Of a stretch of DNA of 64,000 nucleotides, positions 21,178 to 30,384 are shown in pieces. Where the stretch lies: the NCBI GenBank assembly GCA_965207455.1, contig CBDBMJ010000001.1, positions 1,344,001 to 1,408,000 of the forward strand. The letters are read 5' to 3'. This stretch comes from Bdellovibrionota bacterium (lineage in GTDB: Bacteria; Bdellovibrionota; UBA1018; CAIPTA01; JAALKR01). The stretch's first letter is position 1, and each line of letters starts with the position of its first letter. The notes under the pieces are model-generated. The model had not been told where the DNA came from. It worked only from the letters and a program-made list of their open reading frames with translations, and made no database searches. The position numbers and the translations under genes were made by a program.

Positions 21178-23157
21178 TTATTCTTCGTCAGGCATTACAA
21201 ACTGATAGATATAATATCCTCCAGCACCAATTATAGCCGCTTCAGCAGCAGCGGAAGCGGCTCCATGAAAATTGTTCTTTCTACTCCGCTCTACTTGCCA
21301 TGGCTCTTCGAGATAGTCAAAGCTCTTATAGCTTTTTGTAATTGTCTTCGAAATCTCATCTATATTACTAGAAGGTATATGTAAATCATCAGCTATTTTA
21401 TCAATTACCTTATTAACAGCTTTAGCATTTTCTGTCCCATAAGCTGTTCTTTTTAAAATTGCTAAAAAATATTGAAGCTCGTTAATGAAATTTTTTCTTG
21501 ATTTTGTTTTTGTTTTTCCAGGAATTTTTCGCAACATTATCATTTTCTTGACATTGGACATATTATAAAAAGAGGACCTATATTGGTTAAGATTATCCAG
21601 AAAGAGTTTGAGAATTTTAGAGGTAGCTTCTGGACCAAGCTGCTTTCTAACTTCCCAGAGAGCATTTGACATAAACATTGAGTTATTATGAAATTCACCA
21701 GCAACAAAATCATCTAATGAATTGCGTTCACCAGATTTTTTATTGTTAAAATAAAAAAATCTATGCTCTATGTCTCTTATAATTTTACCTATTTTTGGAT
21801 TTCCTAACTTATGTGCTGAAAAAAAATCTGCCAGTGCTTCATTAACAGTCTCATTATAATTGACAAACGCTCTCCAACTGTACGTTCTCTTTAGAATCGA
21901 ATGTGTTCTCTCATGAAGCAAAGTAGATTTACTTTTCACTAAAATCCTTTCCCCATAATGAGGCTTCATGTGTATAGTACTGTCTGAAAATCCACTCCAA
22001 ATATTAAAGATTCGAGAGGTTATTGAGCGAGGTCCATGTGTACTAGAGAGGATAGGTTTATCTGAAAGAACTATTCTAGTCGATTTTGGTTTAATGAAAC
22101 CTAGCTTTGTCATACTACTATCAAAATCTTTTATGTCTTGAGCAACTCTTTGTCCAAGCTTCTTACTCACTGTAATTGTCCCCACAACTTCAACTGTTGG
22201 GGAAGAGGCTAATCTACGATACGGCCATACCATAAGTTTCCCTTGCCGATGAATTTCAGTTAACTCTTCTATTTTCTCTTCTATTTTTTTTTCTAATTCT
22301 TTTTTTTCCGCTGCTGTAATTGCTGTATTTGATTTTTTAGATTCTGGCTTTTCTATGTTAGAAAATGCTTTTTTAATATTTGGAAATTTCTTTGCAGCTA
22401 TTACGGGACCATATTTTATTAAAGCAAGTAGCCCTGCTGGAGGAATGGCAACATATCCTATAAATGTACATACGGCATTTGATTTTGCTTCAAAGTTTAA
22501 GCAACCAAATTCCTTATATTTGTTAGAAATCATGCTTGAAATCGAACTAACAATCATTTCTGAAATAGTTGTACTCATTTTCATAGCAGCTTTTATTTTT
22601 CTGACCGATTCCAATGATGAAGATGATTTTGCATATGCTTTTTCATACTCACTATGGAGATATGATTTTGCCATATTACTATATTCTGAAACATTATCAC
22701 CAGTCTTAACCCAAGCATCACTTGAAGTTAAATGACCTCCCACCCATTTGAGTACATCCCATAAAAATTTTAATATTTCTTTAATGGAATCTAAAACTCC
22801 TTGTGCACACCCTTTTAGAAATTCCCATAAATCCACCTGTGATTCTTTATCAATGATCTCGCATCGTAAAAGATCTTCTTTTTTCACATCTTTGCAAACA
22901 TTACTTCTTATAACCACATCACAAATTCCTTGCATTTTATTATATAAATCCAAGTTAGAAATGCCCTCAACATTGCATATTTTCTCAAAAGCATGGACTG
23001 TTGAACTGAGAGAAAAGCGTACTCTTCCATGATCTTGTAATGATTTTATTGTATCTTCAGTACTAATTGGTTGTCTTAGTCCTGCCCTGAACTCCTGCGC
23101 GGTTGCTGTAACAGTAAAAACTATAAATACTAAAGCAAGAGCGATTATTTTTCTCAT
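21178..23157 (-). CDS. Secreted protein with Cys-rich N-terminal region and gluzincin-type (M4/M36-like) metallopeptidase domain, copy 1
   Basis: Signal peptide; HERTH, NEALADFF, FHNNS.F.SNALWEVR; hydrophobic C-terminal GAGGYYIYQ. Confidence 0.75.
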   Translation of the reverse strand: MRKIIALALVFIVFTVTATAQEFRAGLRQPISTEDTIKSLQDHGRVRFSLSSTVHAFEKICNVEGISNLDLYNKMQGICDVVIRSNVCKDVKKEDLLRCEIIDKESQVDLWEFLKGCAQGVLDSIKEILKFLWDVLKWVGGHLTSSDAWVKTGDNVSEYSNMAKSYLHSEYEKAYAKSSSSLESVRKIKAAMKMSTTISEMIVSSISSMISNKYKEFGCLNFEAKSNAVCTFIGYVAIPPAGLLALIKYGPVIAAKKFPNIKKAFSNIEKPESKKSNTAITAAEKKELEKKIEEKIEELTEIHRQGKLMVWPYRRLASSPTVEVVGTITVSKKLGQRVAQDIKDFDSSMTKLGFIKPKSTRIVLSDKPILSSTHGPRSITSRIFNIWSGFSDSTIHMKPHYGERILVKSKSTLLHERTHSILKRTYSWRAFVNYNETVNEALADFFSAHKLGNPKIGKIIRDIEHRFFYFNNKKSGERNSLDDFVAGEFHNNSMFMSNALWEVRKQLGPEATSKILKLFLDNLNQYRSSFYNMSNVKKMIMLRKIPGKTKTKSRKNFINELQYFLAILKRTAYGTENAKAVNKVIDKIADDLHIPSSNIDEISKTITKSYKSFDYLEEPWQVERSRKNNFHGAASAAAEAAIIGAGGYYIYQFVMPDEE

Positions 23158-23636
23158 TCCACTCCTGCTTGATTTTTCATATGAGCAATTATTCTGCTTG
23201 CCAATTTATCTCCGTTTATGGTTGCCGTTGGACGAGTGTGAAGAATCTGTATTGTCTCGTTAGCTCTATAGATATGAACTTCAGCAAAAGTTATTTTTTG
23301 TCCAGACCAGTCTCTATAACTGCCATTGACTAATAACTCATGGTGTTCTTTCTTGGGCTGCCATTTATATTTCCCCTTCCATTCAGAAATGCCTATAAAT
23401 GAAAGCATCTTTTTTTTCTTTTCTTCAAGCTTCTTAAAAAAATCCTTCTGCTTAATGTTAAGCCAATTAATTTTTTTGCCAGTCTTTCGCTTTTCCAAGC
23501 TTCCCGTCACATCACTATTTTTTTCTAACTGCCAAACTTTTACTCCATTGACATCACGAGATAGCTTCCATCCACTGGGGCTGGCAATCGCTGCTGTGGA
23601 TAAGAAAAATAATAATGAAATAAATATTTTTTTCAC
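23154..23636 (-). CDS. Secreted 160-aa hypothetical protein, copy 1
   Basis: Signal peptide ending AIA; GTG start; ATGA overlap with the downstream peptidase gene. Confidence 0.85.
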   Translation of the reverse strand: MKKIFISLLFFLSTAAIASPSGWKLSRDVNGVKVWQLEKNSDVTGSLEKRKTGKKINWLNIKQKDFFKKLEEKKKKMLSFIGISEWKGKYKWQPKKEHHELLVNGSYRDWSGQKITFAEVHIYRANETIQILHTRPTATINGDKLASRIIAHMKNQAGVE

Positions 23637-23686
23637 CGAATACCTTTTAGCGTATATATTAGACGCTATTCCTTCTATGATAGTAT

Positions 23687-24034
23687 AACTCTCCTCACTT
23701 CAAATCTCAAAGAAGCGGCTCAGCTAAGTGGAGTAAGAATTTGAGAAGTAAAATTGCAGTCATCACCCAAGGTGGCGAAGGAATGACCGTATTTAAAAAA
23801 AATATCACCCCCATGCAAGTCCCCACCTTTGCCCACGCCGTCTATGATGTATCGGGCGCAGGAGATACGGTGGTAGCCATGCTCACCATGACCATGTCCA
23901 ACGACGTACCCCTAGAGGAATCCCTTCTCCTAGCAAATTTTGCCGCTGGCGCAGAAGTGGAAAAAATGGGCACCACCACTGTTTCCGTAGAAGAACTCAA
24001 GGAATATATGGAACGTATTGGTGGTTTCTCCTGA
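23687..24034 (+). pseudogene. Duplicated 3' fragment of rfaE1/hldA
   Basis: 23759..23958 is identical to 20889..21088; the 5' part matches from 20768 but has an internal deletion of about 50 bp. Confidence 0.93.
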
Positions 24035-24047
24035 TAGCTTACCTACA

Positions 24048-26111
24048 TTATTCTTCGTCAGGGATTACAACCTGATAGATATAATATCCACCAATAGTAG
24101 CTGTGCTTACTTCATAAAGCTTTGGATCTAATACTGATTCCTGTTTTTTGCTTAATACAGGTTTAATGTAAGCAAAGTTTTCATCACTTTTTTTAATTTC
24201 CTTTGATATCAAACTTATATTATTAGGAGGGATATCAAAATAATCAATAAGTTTATTAATCACGTTATCAACAATTTTAGCATTTGCTGTCCCATGAGCT
24301 GTCTTTTTCAAAATTGCTAAAAAATATTGGTATTCATTAATGAATGTTGCCTTTTTTGAATTAAAGGAGAGCGATTTTGCAAGTGGATGGATCGGTAGAA
24401 CATGATCAATAAAATCAAAACTATCTCGATATTGGTTAAGGTTATCTATAAATGGCTTGAGAAGCGTAGAAGTTTTTTTAGGACCAAGCTGCTTTCTCAC
24501 CTCCCAGAGAGCATTTGAAAGAAATAATGAATCATAATGTCCAATGTCAGTAAAGTCATCTAACGAATTGAGTTTGATTTCCTTATTAGAGTGATCAAAA
24601 TAAGTTCTTTTCTCTATATCTGCCATAGGTTTACCTTTAGTAATAAAGTCCATTAGTGCTTTTGGATCTCCTGTTTTATGTAGTGAAAAAAAATCTGCCA
24701 ATGCCTCTTGAACAGATTCATTGCGATTGACAAACGAGTTTTTCTTGTAAGTATGATGTAGAAATGCGTGTGTTCTCTCATGAAGAAGCACGGATTTATC
24801 TTTCATCATAGCTTTTTTCTGAATAGCTTTTTTCTGAAGATAAGGCGTCATGAAAATATGACTTGTTGGAGCTTTACTATCAAAACTAGCAGCTTTATGA
24901 GAAGATGCCATAGGTCCATAATTACCAGGAAAAACAGGTTTATCTGAAATAATTATTTGAGTCAGCTTGGGTTTAATGAAACCTAACTCTTCCATAGTAT
25001 TATCGAAATCATTTATATATCGACTAAATTTTTTCCCAAGATTTTTAGTAATTGCAGCTGTGCCTATAACTTCAACACCTCGAAAAGAAGCTAATTTAGT
25101 GCCACGCGATGACACAAAACCCTTAATTTGGAAGTAGTCAGCTTTAGCTGCAATAATATCCCTATTCTCAGAAGATATTCTTGCCGCTGAATCCTCTTTC
25201 AGATCATTAAGTTTCTTCTCTATTTTAGGTTCTGATCTATCCACTGCCTTAATTTCTGATTTCTCTGCTGTGCTTTCTATATTTGATTTTTTAGGCTCTG
25301 GTTTTTCTAAGTTAGAAAATGCTTTTTTAATATTTGGAAACTTTTTTGCAGCTATTACAGGACCATATTTTATTAAAGCAAAGAGCCCTGCTGGAGGAAT
25401 GGCAACAGTTCCTATAAACGTACATACAGCATTTGATTTTGCTTCAAAGTTCAAGCAGCCAAATTCCTTATATTCGTTAGAAATCATGTTTGAAATTGAA
25501 CCAACAACCATTTCTGAAATAGCTGCACTCATTTTCATAGCGGCCTTTATTTTTCTGACTGATTCCAATGGTGAAGATGATTTTGCATATGCTTTTTCAT
25601 ACTCACTATGGAGATATGATTTTGCCATATTACTATATTCTGAAACATTATCACCAGTCTTAACCCAAGCATCACTTGAAGTTAAATGACTCCCTACCCA
25701 TTTGAGTATATCCCATAAAAACTTTAATATTTCTTCAATGGAATCTAAGACTCCTTGTGCACACCCTTTTAGAAATTCCCATAAATCCACCTGTGATTCT
25801 TTATCAATGGTCTCGCATCGTAAAAGATCTTCCTTTTTCACATCTTTGCAAACATCACTCCTTATAACCACATCACAGATTCCTTGCATTTTATTATATA
25901 AATTCAAATTAGAAATACCTTCAACATTGCATATTTTCTCAAAAGCATGGATCGTTGAACTAAGAGAAAGCCGTACTCTTCCATGATCCTGCAATGATTT
26001 TATTGTATCTTCAGTACTAATTGGTTGTCTTAGCCCTGCCCTGAACTCCTGCGCGGCTGCTGTAACAGTAAAAACTATAAATACTAAAGCAAGGGCGATT
26101 ATCTTTCTCAT
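24048..26111 (-). CDS. Secreted protein with Cys-rich N-terminal region and gluzincin-type metallopeptidase domain, copy 2
   Basis: N-terminal ~275 aa nearly identical to copy 1; HERTH, QEALADFF, GHYDS.FLSNALWEVR; ends IGGYYIYQVVIPDEE. Confidence 0.75.
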   Translation of the reverse strand: MRKIIALALVFIVFTVTAAAQEFRAGLRQPISTEDTIKSLQDHGRVRLSLSSTIHAFEKICNVEGISNLNLYNKMQGICDVVIRSDVCKDVKKEDLLRCETIDKESQVDLWEFLKGCAQGVLDSIEEILKFLWDILKWVGSHLTSSDAWVKTGDNVSEYSNMAKSYLHSEYEKAYAKSSSPLESVRKIKAAMKMSAAISEMVVGSISNMISNEYKEFGCLNFEAKSNAVCTFIGTVAIPPAGLFALIKYGPVIAAKKFPNIKKAFSNLEKPEPKKSNIESTAEKSEIKAVDRSEPKIEKKLNDLKEDSAARISSENRDIIAAKADYFQIKGFVSSRGTKLASFRGVEVIGTAAITKNLGKKFSRYINDFDNTMEELGFIKPKLTQIIISDKPVFPGNYGPMASSHKAASFDSKAPTSHIFMTPYLQKKAIQKKAMMKDKSVLLHERTHAFLHHTYKKNSFVNRNESVQEALADFFSLHKTGDPKALMDFITKGKPMADIEKRTYFDHSNKEIKLNSLDDFTDIGHYDSLFLSNALWEVRKQLGPKKTSTLLKPFIDNLNQYRDSFDFIDHVLPIHPLAKSLSFNSKKATFINEYQYFLAILKKTAHGTANAKIVDNVINKLIDYFDIPPNNISLISKEIKKSDENFAYIKPVLSKKQESVLDPKLYEVSTATIGGYYIYQVVIPDEE

Positions 26112-26590
26112 TCCACTTCTGCTTGATTTTTCATATGAGCAATTATTCTTCTTGCTAGCTTGTCTCCACCCGCAATTGATTTTGGACGAGTGTGAAGAAT
26201 CTGTATCGTCTCGTTAGTTCTATAGATATGAACTTCAGTAAATATTATTTTTTGCCCAGACCAGTCTTTATAACTGCCATTGACTAATAACTCATGGTAG
26301 TCCTTCTTGGGCTTCCATTTATATTTCCCCTTCCATTCAGAAATACCTATAAATGAAAGCATCTTTTTTTTCTTTTCTTCAAGTTTTTTAAAAAAATCCT
26401 TTTGCTTAATGTTAAGCCAATTAATTTTTTTGCCAGTCTTTCGCCTCTCTAAGCTTCCCGTCACATCACTATTTTTCTCTAACTGCCAAACTTTTACTCC
26501 ATTGACATCACGGGATAGCTTCCATCCACTGGGGCTAGCGATTGCTGTTGTGGATAAAAAAAATAATAATAAAATAAAGACTTTTTTCAT
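26108..26590 (-). CDS. Secreted 160-aa hypothetical protein, copy 2
   Basis: 142/160 identical to copy 1 by manual alignment. Confidence 0.85.
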   Translation of the reverse strand: MKKVFILLLFFLSTTAIASPSGWKLSRDVNGVKVWQLEKNSDVTGSLERRKTGKKINWLNIKQKDFFKKLEEKKKKMLSFIGISEWKGKYKWKPKKDYHELLVNGSYKDWSGQKIIFTEVHIYRTNETIQILHTRPKSIAGGDKLARRIIAHMKNQAEVE

Positions 26591-26702
26591 CGAATACCTT
26601 TTAGCGTATATTTAGGCACTATTCCTTCTATGATAGTATAACCCGTCATGCCTATTTTCAAGAAGCTCAAAGTCGGGAAACTCTAATTCAGGTCTGATGA
26701 AT

Positions 26703-27416
26703 TTACAGGTTAAGCTGCTCTTCTCTGCTCGTGCGATTGCAGGTGCTAGGAATATTAATACTCTCTATTTCCATGGATCTTAGCCATCGATGAAATAAAG
26801 CCATTTCTTTTTCCATCACTTGTCCCAAGTGGGTGGAAAACTGGGTATCTATTTCTTGAACTTTTGACAACATTTCATTGAGGTGGGCTTTTTCCTCTGC
26901 AAGAATTGAGCGAAGATTAAATCCCAATGGATGACTTTGTAAAAAATTCTGATAAATTCCATACAACCAACTTGCTCGTATTTCAATTGCCAGCGTTACC
27001 CATAAATAACAAGAGGAATGGTGTTTGTTTCCAGTTTGCCAGGAGCGAAGCATGGAAAAAATACTTCCATCCAATCGTTGGAAATACATATAAGCCGCAG
27101 GTCTTGCAAACATGTCTTCATGATCATAGGACAGGTCTTTTCCGCAAATGGATTTCGATCGCTGTTTAAAGAAAGCAGCATGACGGGCCTCTTCTGCTAA
27201 ATGTTTTAAAACACAACGGGACAAAGTATCCACGCCATGGCTATTCATAATTTTTCGACTGCCCATGTATTCTAAAAAAGAAAAAGAGTTTAAAAATCTT
27301 CCATGGACTTCGGGCAAAGCCGTGACTTCGGATAATAGGGTCCAGAATCGAGGTTCTAGTTCCTTAGCGTCGCTATAAAAATTAGATAATGTGGAGAGAT
27401 TCTTCAATAACATCAT
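26703..27416 (-). CDS. bioE: Ferritin-like diiron protein, BioE-type pimeloyl-generating oxygenase
   Basis: H.RFLN..SFLE..GSRKI, LKH.AEE.RH, VT.AIE.RA..LY..Y and SI..EE..HL.EM give the E..ExxH..E..ExxH diiron pattern; last gene of the bio operon. Confidence 0.75.
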   Translation of the reverse strand: MMLLKNLSTLSNFYSDAKELEPRFWTLLSEVTALPEVHGRFLNSFSFLEYMGSRKIMNSHGVDTLSRCVLKHLAEEARHAAFFKQRSKSICGKDLSYDHEDMFARPAAYMYFQRLDGSIFSMLRSWQTGNKHHSSCYLWVTLAIEIRASWLYGIYQNFLQSHPLGFNLRSILAEEKAHLNEMLSKVQEIDTQFSTHLGQVMEKEMALFHRWLRSMEIESINIPSTCNRTSREEQLNL

Positions 27417-28629
27417 AAACTCTATCTAACTCCTTATCTGTAATGCAATAGGGAGGAAGTATATACACAACATTCCCCAATGGACGAAGTAAAACTCCGT
27501 TCTGTAAATAAAATTGAGATAATTTTGGTCCCACCGTGGATAAATACCCTCCATCTTTTACTTGAAGTTCTATGGCAGCAATGGTGCCACAGGTTCGCAG
27601 ATTAGCCACCTTGGGATGTTCTTGCAATCTAGGGGCAAATACTTTTTTATGGTATTGGGAAATTCGAGCTATGGTGTTCATTTGTTTTTCTTCCTCAAAT
27701 ACCTTAAAACTTGCTAAAGCAGCAGCACAGGCAATGGGGTTACCTGAGTAGGAGTGGCCATGAAAAAAAGTTTTTTTTCTATCTTCCGAATAAAATGCTT
27801 GAAAAATTTCAGGTTTTACCATTGTAACACCTAGGGGAAGCAGGCCTCCAGTAATGCCTTTCGATAGGCAAAGAATATCAGGGGTAATATTGGCCTGCTC
27901 GCAAGCAAACATTGTGCCTGTGCGACCAAAACCTGTCATCACTTCGTCGGCAATAAATAAAATCTTTTCCTCTTGGCAAACAGTATATAAATCTTCCAAC
28001 ACTTTTGGGGAATACATACGCATTCCTCCTGCTCCCTGTACCAAGGGTTCCACAATAAGTGCACCTATTTTTCCTTCCTTATGACCGGTTGCAATCATGG
28101 TTTTGAAGGCATGGACTGTACGTTCCTCTTCTAGGGGTATATATTCCACTGGGAATAAATGGGAGGCAAACGGATCCGTAAACATACTTCGTCCACTTAC
28201 AGACATGGCTCCAAAGGTGTCTCCATGGTAAGCACCCTCTAATGCCACAATACGTTTTCGTGGAAAACCTTTATTTTCATGAAAATTAATTGCCATTTTC
28301 AATCCCACTTCCACCGCAGTGGAACCATTGTCGGAAAAGAATGTATAGTTTAGGCCTGTGGGAACATGCCGTACTAACTCTTGGGCAAGCTGTTGGGCTG
28401 GTTTATGGGTAAAACCTGCGAGAATTACTTGATCCAGTTGGGAAGCTTGGTACGAAATAGCTTTTGTAATGGTGGGATGGGAATGACCATGAAGGGTAAC
28501 CCACCAGGAGGAAATAGCATCTAAAATTTTTTGTCCATTACTAGGAAAAAGATATGCTCCTTGCGCACTTTTAATTTCCATCTCTGATTCTGCAAGAGCG
28601 TGCTGAGTATAGGGATGCCAAATATTCAT
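27382..28629 (-). CDS. bioA: Adenosylmethionine-8-amino-7-oxononanoate aminotransferase
   Basis: IWHPYTQ, DAISSWWVTLHGH, YHGDTFGAMS, DEVMTGFGRTG, SKGITGG; start 28629 overlaps the bioD stop. Confidence 0.97.
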   Translation of the reverse strand: MNIWHPYTQHALAESEMEIKSAQGAYLFPSNGQKILDAISSWWVTLHGHSHPTITKAISYQASQLDQVILAGFTHKPAQQLAQELVRHVPTGLNYTFFSDNGSTAVEVGLKMAINFHENKGFPRKRIVALEGAYHGDTFGAMSVSGRSMFTDPFASHLFPVEYIPLEEERTVHAFKTMIATGHKEGKIGALIVEPLVQGAGGMRMYSPKVLEDLYTVCQEEKILFIADEVMTGFGRTGTMFACEQANITPDILCLSKGITGGLLPLGVTMVKPEIFQAFYSEDRKKTFFHGHSYSGNPIACAAALASFKVFEEEKQMNTIARISQYHKKVFAPRLQEHPKVANLRTCGTIAAIELQVKDGGYLSTVGPKLSQFYLQNGVLLRPLGNVVYILPPYCITDKELDRVYDVIEESLHII

Positions 28630-29261
28630 TGCCAAGCTCCAGAGAATAATTGCTGAGCTTCCCCACGTAATATATTTGGATTGATGTTTTTCAAAAAAGG
28701 CAATCGTCCTAAACTCCTCACCTTGCCGATGGTGCATATCGATTCCATGGCACGAGAATCATCGTCGCCTATAAAAATAATTCCATGGATAGGAATATCT
28801 CGACTACGTAAGGCTTCAATGGAGAGCAAACTATGATTGATGGTTCCCAGTTTCGTGCGACTACAAAGAATCACAGGAAATTTCCATCGCTCATACAAGT
28901 CTATTTGAAGAATTTTTTCTGACAATGGCACCAATAATCCTCCCGCTCCTTCGATAATTAAAGGAAAGGGGCATTGGCTGGGAAAATCCAAAATCTTTTG
29001 CACATCAATCATTTTATTTTCTGCCATGGCAGCAATATGGGGTGATGCGGGTAAGGCAAATCGATACAGCTCAGGTAAAATATATTCCCGTGGGCAAGCA
29101 CTAAGGTCATAGACTCGTTGGCTATCTGTTTTTCCGTTTTCCTCTCCACACTGTATGGGCTTCCAGTAATAAGCACCCATGGATTGTAATAGAATGGAGG
29201 ATACCACTGTCTTACCCACATCAGTATCTGTGCCAACTACAACAAATCTATTGTACTCCAT
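28626..29261 (-). CDS. bioD: Dethiobiotin synthase
   Basis: GTDTDVGKT, WKPIQCG, EGAGG, LGTINH. Confidence 0.97.
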   Translation of the reverse strand: MEYNRFVVVGTDTDVGKTVVSSILLQSMGAYYWKPIQCGEENGKTDSQRVYDLSACPREYILPELYRFALPASPHIAAMAENKMIDVQKILDFPSQCPFPLIIEGAGGLLVPLSEKILQIDLYERWKFPVILCSRTKLGTINHSLLSIEALRSRDIPIHGIIFIGDDDSRAMESICTIGKVRSLGRLPFLKNINPNILRGEAQQLFSGAWQ

Positions 29262-30384
29262 GGTATTCCATCGCCCTTTCCAAAGCCTCTCCCAATTGTT
29301 TTATTTCAAGGCAGGTTTGTTTCCAATGAATGGTTATGCGAAGCCTTGCTGTTCCCGTGGGAACGGTGGGAGCTCGAATAGCTCGAACGTCGAAGTGTTC
29401 TTTTTGTAAAAACTTTGCCACTTGAATGGCTCTTTGATTGTCATACAACATAATGGGAATAATGGGAGATGCAGGCGTGGCTTGTGAAAATATGGATTTC
29501 GCAAAATCTATTTTTTCTAACAACTCTTCCCTACGCCAAGGTTCTTTATCCACCAGCAAAAGAACTTCTCTCACAGCTCTTGTCAATAATGGCGAAGGGG
29601 CTGTTGTATAAATAAACGATCGAGCTGCATTCACAAGGTAATTCCGTACCATGGCAGAACTTGCAATAAAGCACCCTCCAATACCCAAAGCCTTACCACA
29701 GGTATGAACAGTAATAATATTCTCGTCTCTGGGAAGCTTTTCCCAAAGACCTCTACCAGTGGGACCATATATTCCCGTGGCATGAGCCTCATCTATCACC
29801 AGCATAGTGTTTTCTTTTTTTGCTAAATTGTATAAGTCTTTCAAGGGAGCAAAGTCACCATCCATACTATAGAGACTTTCCACAGCTAACCAAATATCCT
29901 TAACCCCATCATTCCTTGCTTTTTTTATGACATCCTCAAACGCTTGAACATCGTTATGGGGAACGGTTACCCAAGAGGCATGGGAAGCTCTAGCCCCTTC
30001 CTTTATACTCGCATGAATATTTCTATCTCCAATAACCATTCCCTTTCGAGAGGGAAGAGTGGAAAACAAAGCATGGTTTGCTAAAAAACCAGAGGAAAAA
30101 AATAGGGCTGCCTCGCTGTGAAAAAATTTTTCAGCTTCCTCTTCTGCCCGTTCATGCTCCAAAGTATTTCCTCGTAAAAGACGGGAGGCTCCACTACCCA
30201 GAGGAATACCATCCTCTAGGGCTTCTATCAATTTTTTTTGAATATGGGGATGGGAGGAAAAAGAAAGATAGTCATTAGAAGAAAAGTCTATTCCCTTAGG
30301 GGAACTTAGCTCTCTCCAAGTGTCTTGCTGCTTCCAGTAAGCAAACTTTTCTTGGATATGCTCTTGATTAAGAAGATAGTCCAT
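29248..30384 (-). CDS. bioF: 8-amino-7-oxononanoate synthase
   Basis: FSSNDYL, GSGASRLL, SMDGD, DEAHATG, TCGKALG, IRAPTVP. Confidence 0.96.
   Translation of the reverse strand: MDYLLNQEHIQEKFAYWKQQDTWRELSSPKGIDFSSNDYLSFSSHPHIQKKLIEALEDGIPLGSGASRLLRGNTLEHERAEEEAEKFFHSEAALFFSSGFLANHALFSTLPSRKGMVIGDRNIHASIKEGARASHASWVTVPHNDVQAFEDVIKKARNDGVKDIWLAVESLYSMDGDFAPLKDLYNLAKKENTMLVIDEAHATGIYGPTGRGLWEKLPRDENIITVHTCGKALGIGGCFIASSAMVRNYLVNAARSFIYTTAPSPLLTRAVREVLLLVDKEPWRREELLEKIDFAKSIFSQATPASPIIPIMLYDNQRAIQVAKFLQKEHFDVRAIRAPTVPTGTARLRITIHWKQTCLEIKQLGEALERAMEYHGVQ

Larger units (their letters stand above)
20768..26643. repeat. Tandem duplication of a ~2.9-kb unit (about 20768..23686 and 23687..26643)
   Basis: Each unit contains the hldA 3' segment, a large secreted protein, a 160-aa protein and a shared upstream region (GAATACCTTTTAGCGTATAT...CTATTCCTTCTATGATAGTATAAC). 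Confidence 0.95.

Noticed and set aside
23154..23636. 160-aa genes as cognate immunity proteins
   Set aside because: They lie upstream and are ~89% identical while the catalytic domains are highly diverged; cognate immunity would be expected to co-diverge
22355..25986. Duplicated + strand ORFs (22355, 22748, 23326, 25270, 25702) and similar short antisense ORFs across the window
   Set aside because: Shadow frames opposite well-supported genes, with no recognisable motifs
21178..26111. Diversity-generating retroelement or shufflon as the source of variation
   Set aside because: No reverse transcriptase or invertase in the window; differences are not adenine-specific and include indels over about 1.1 kb
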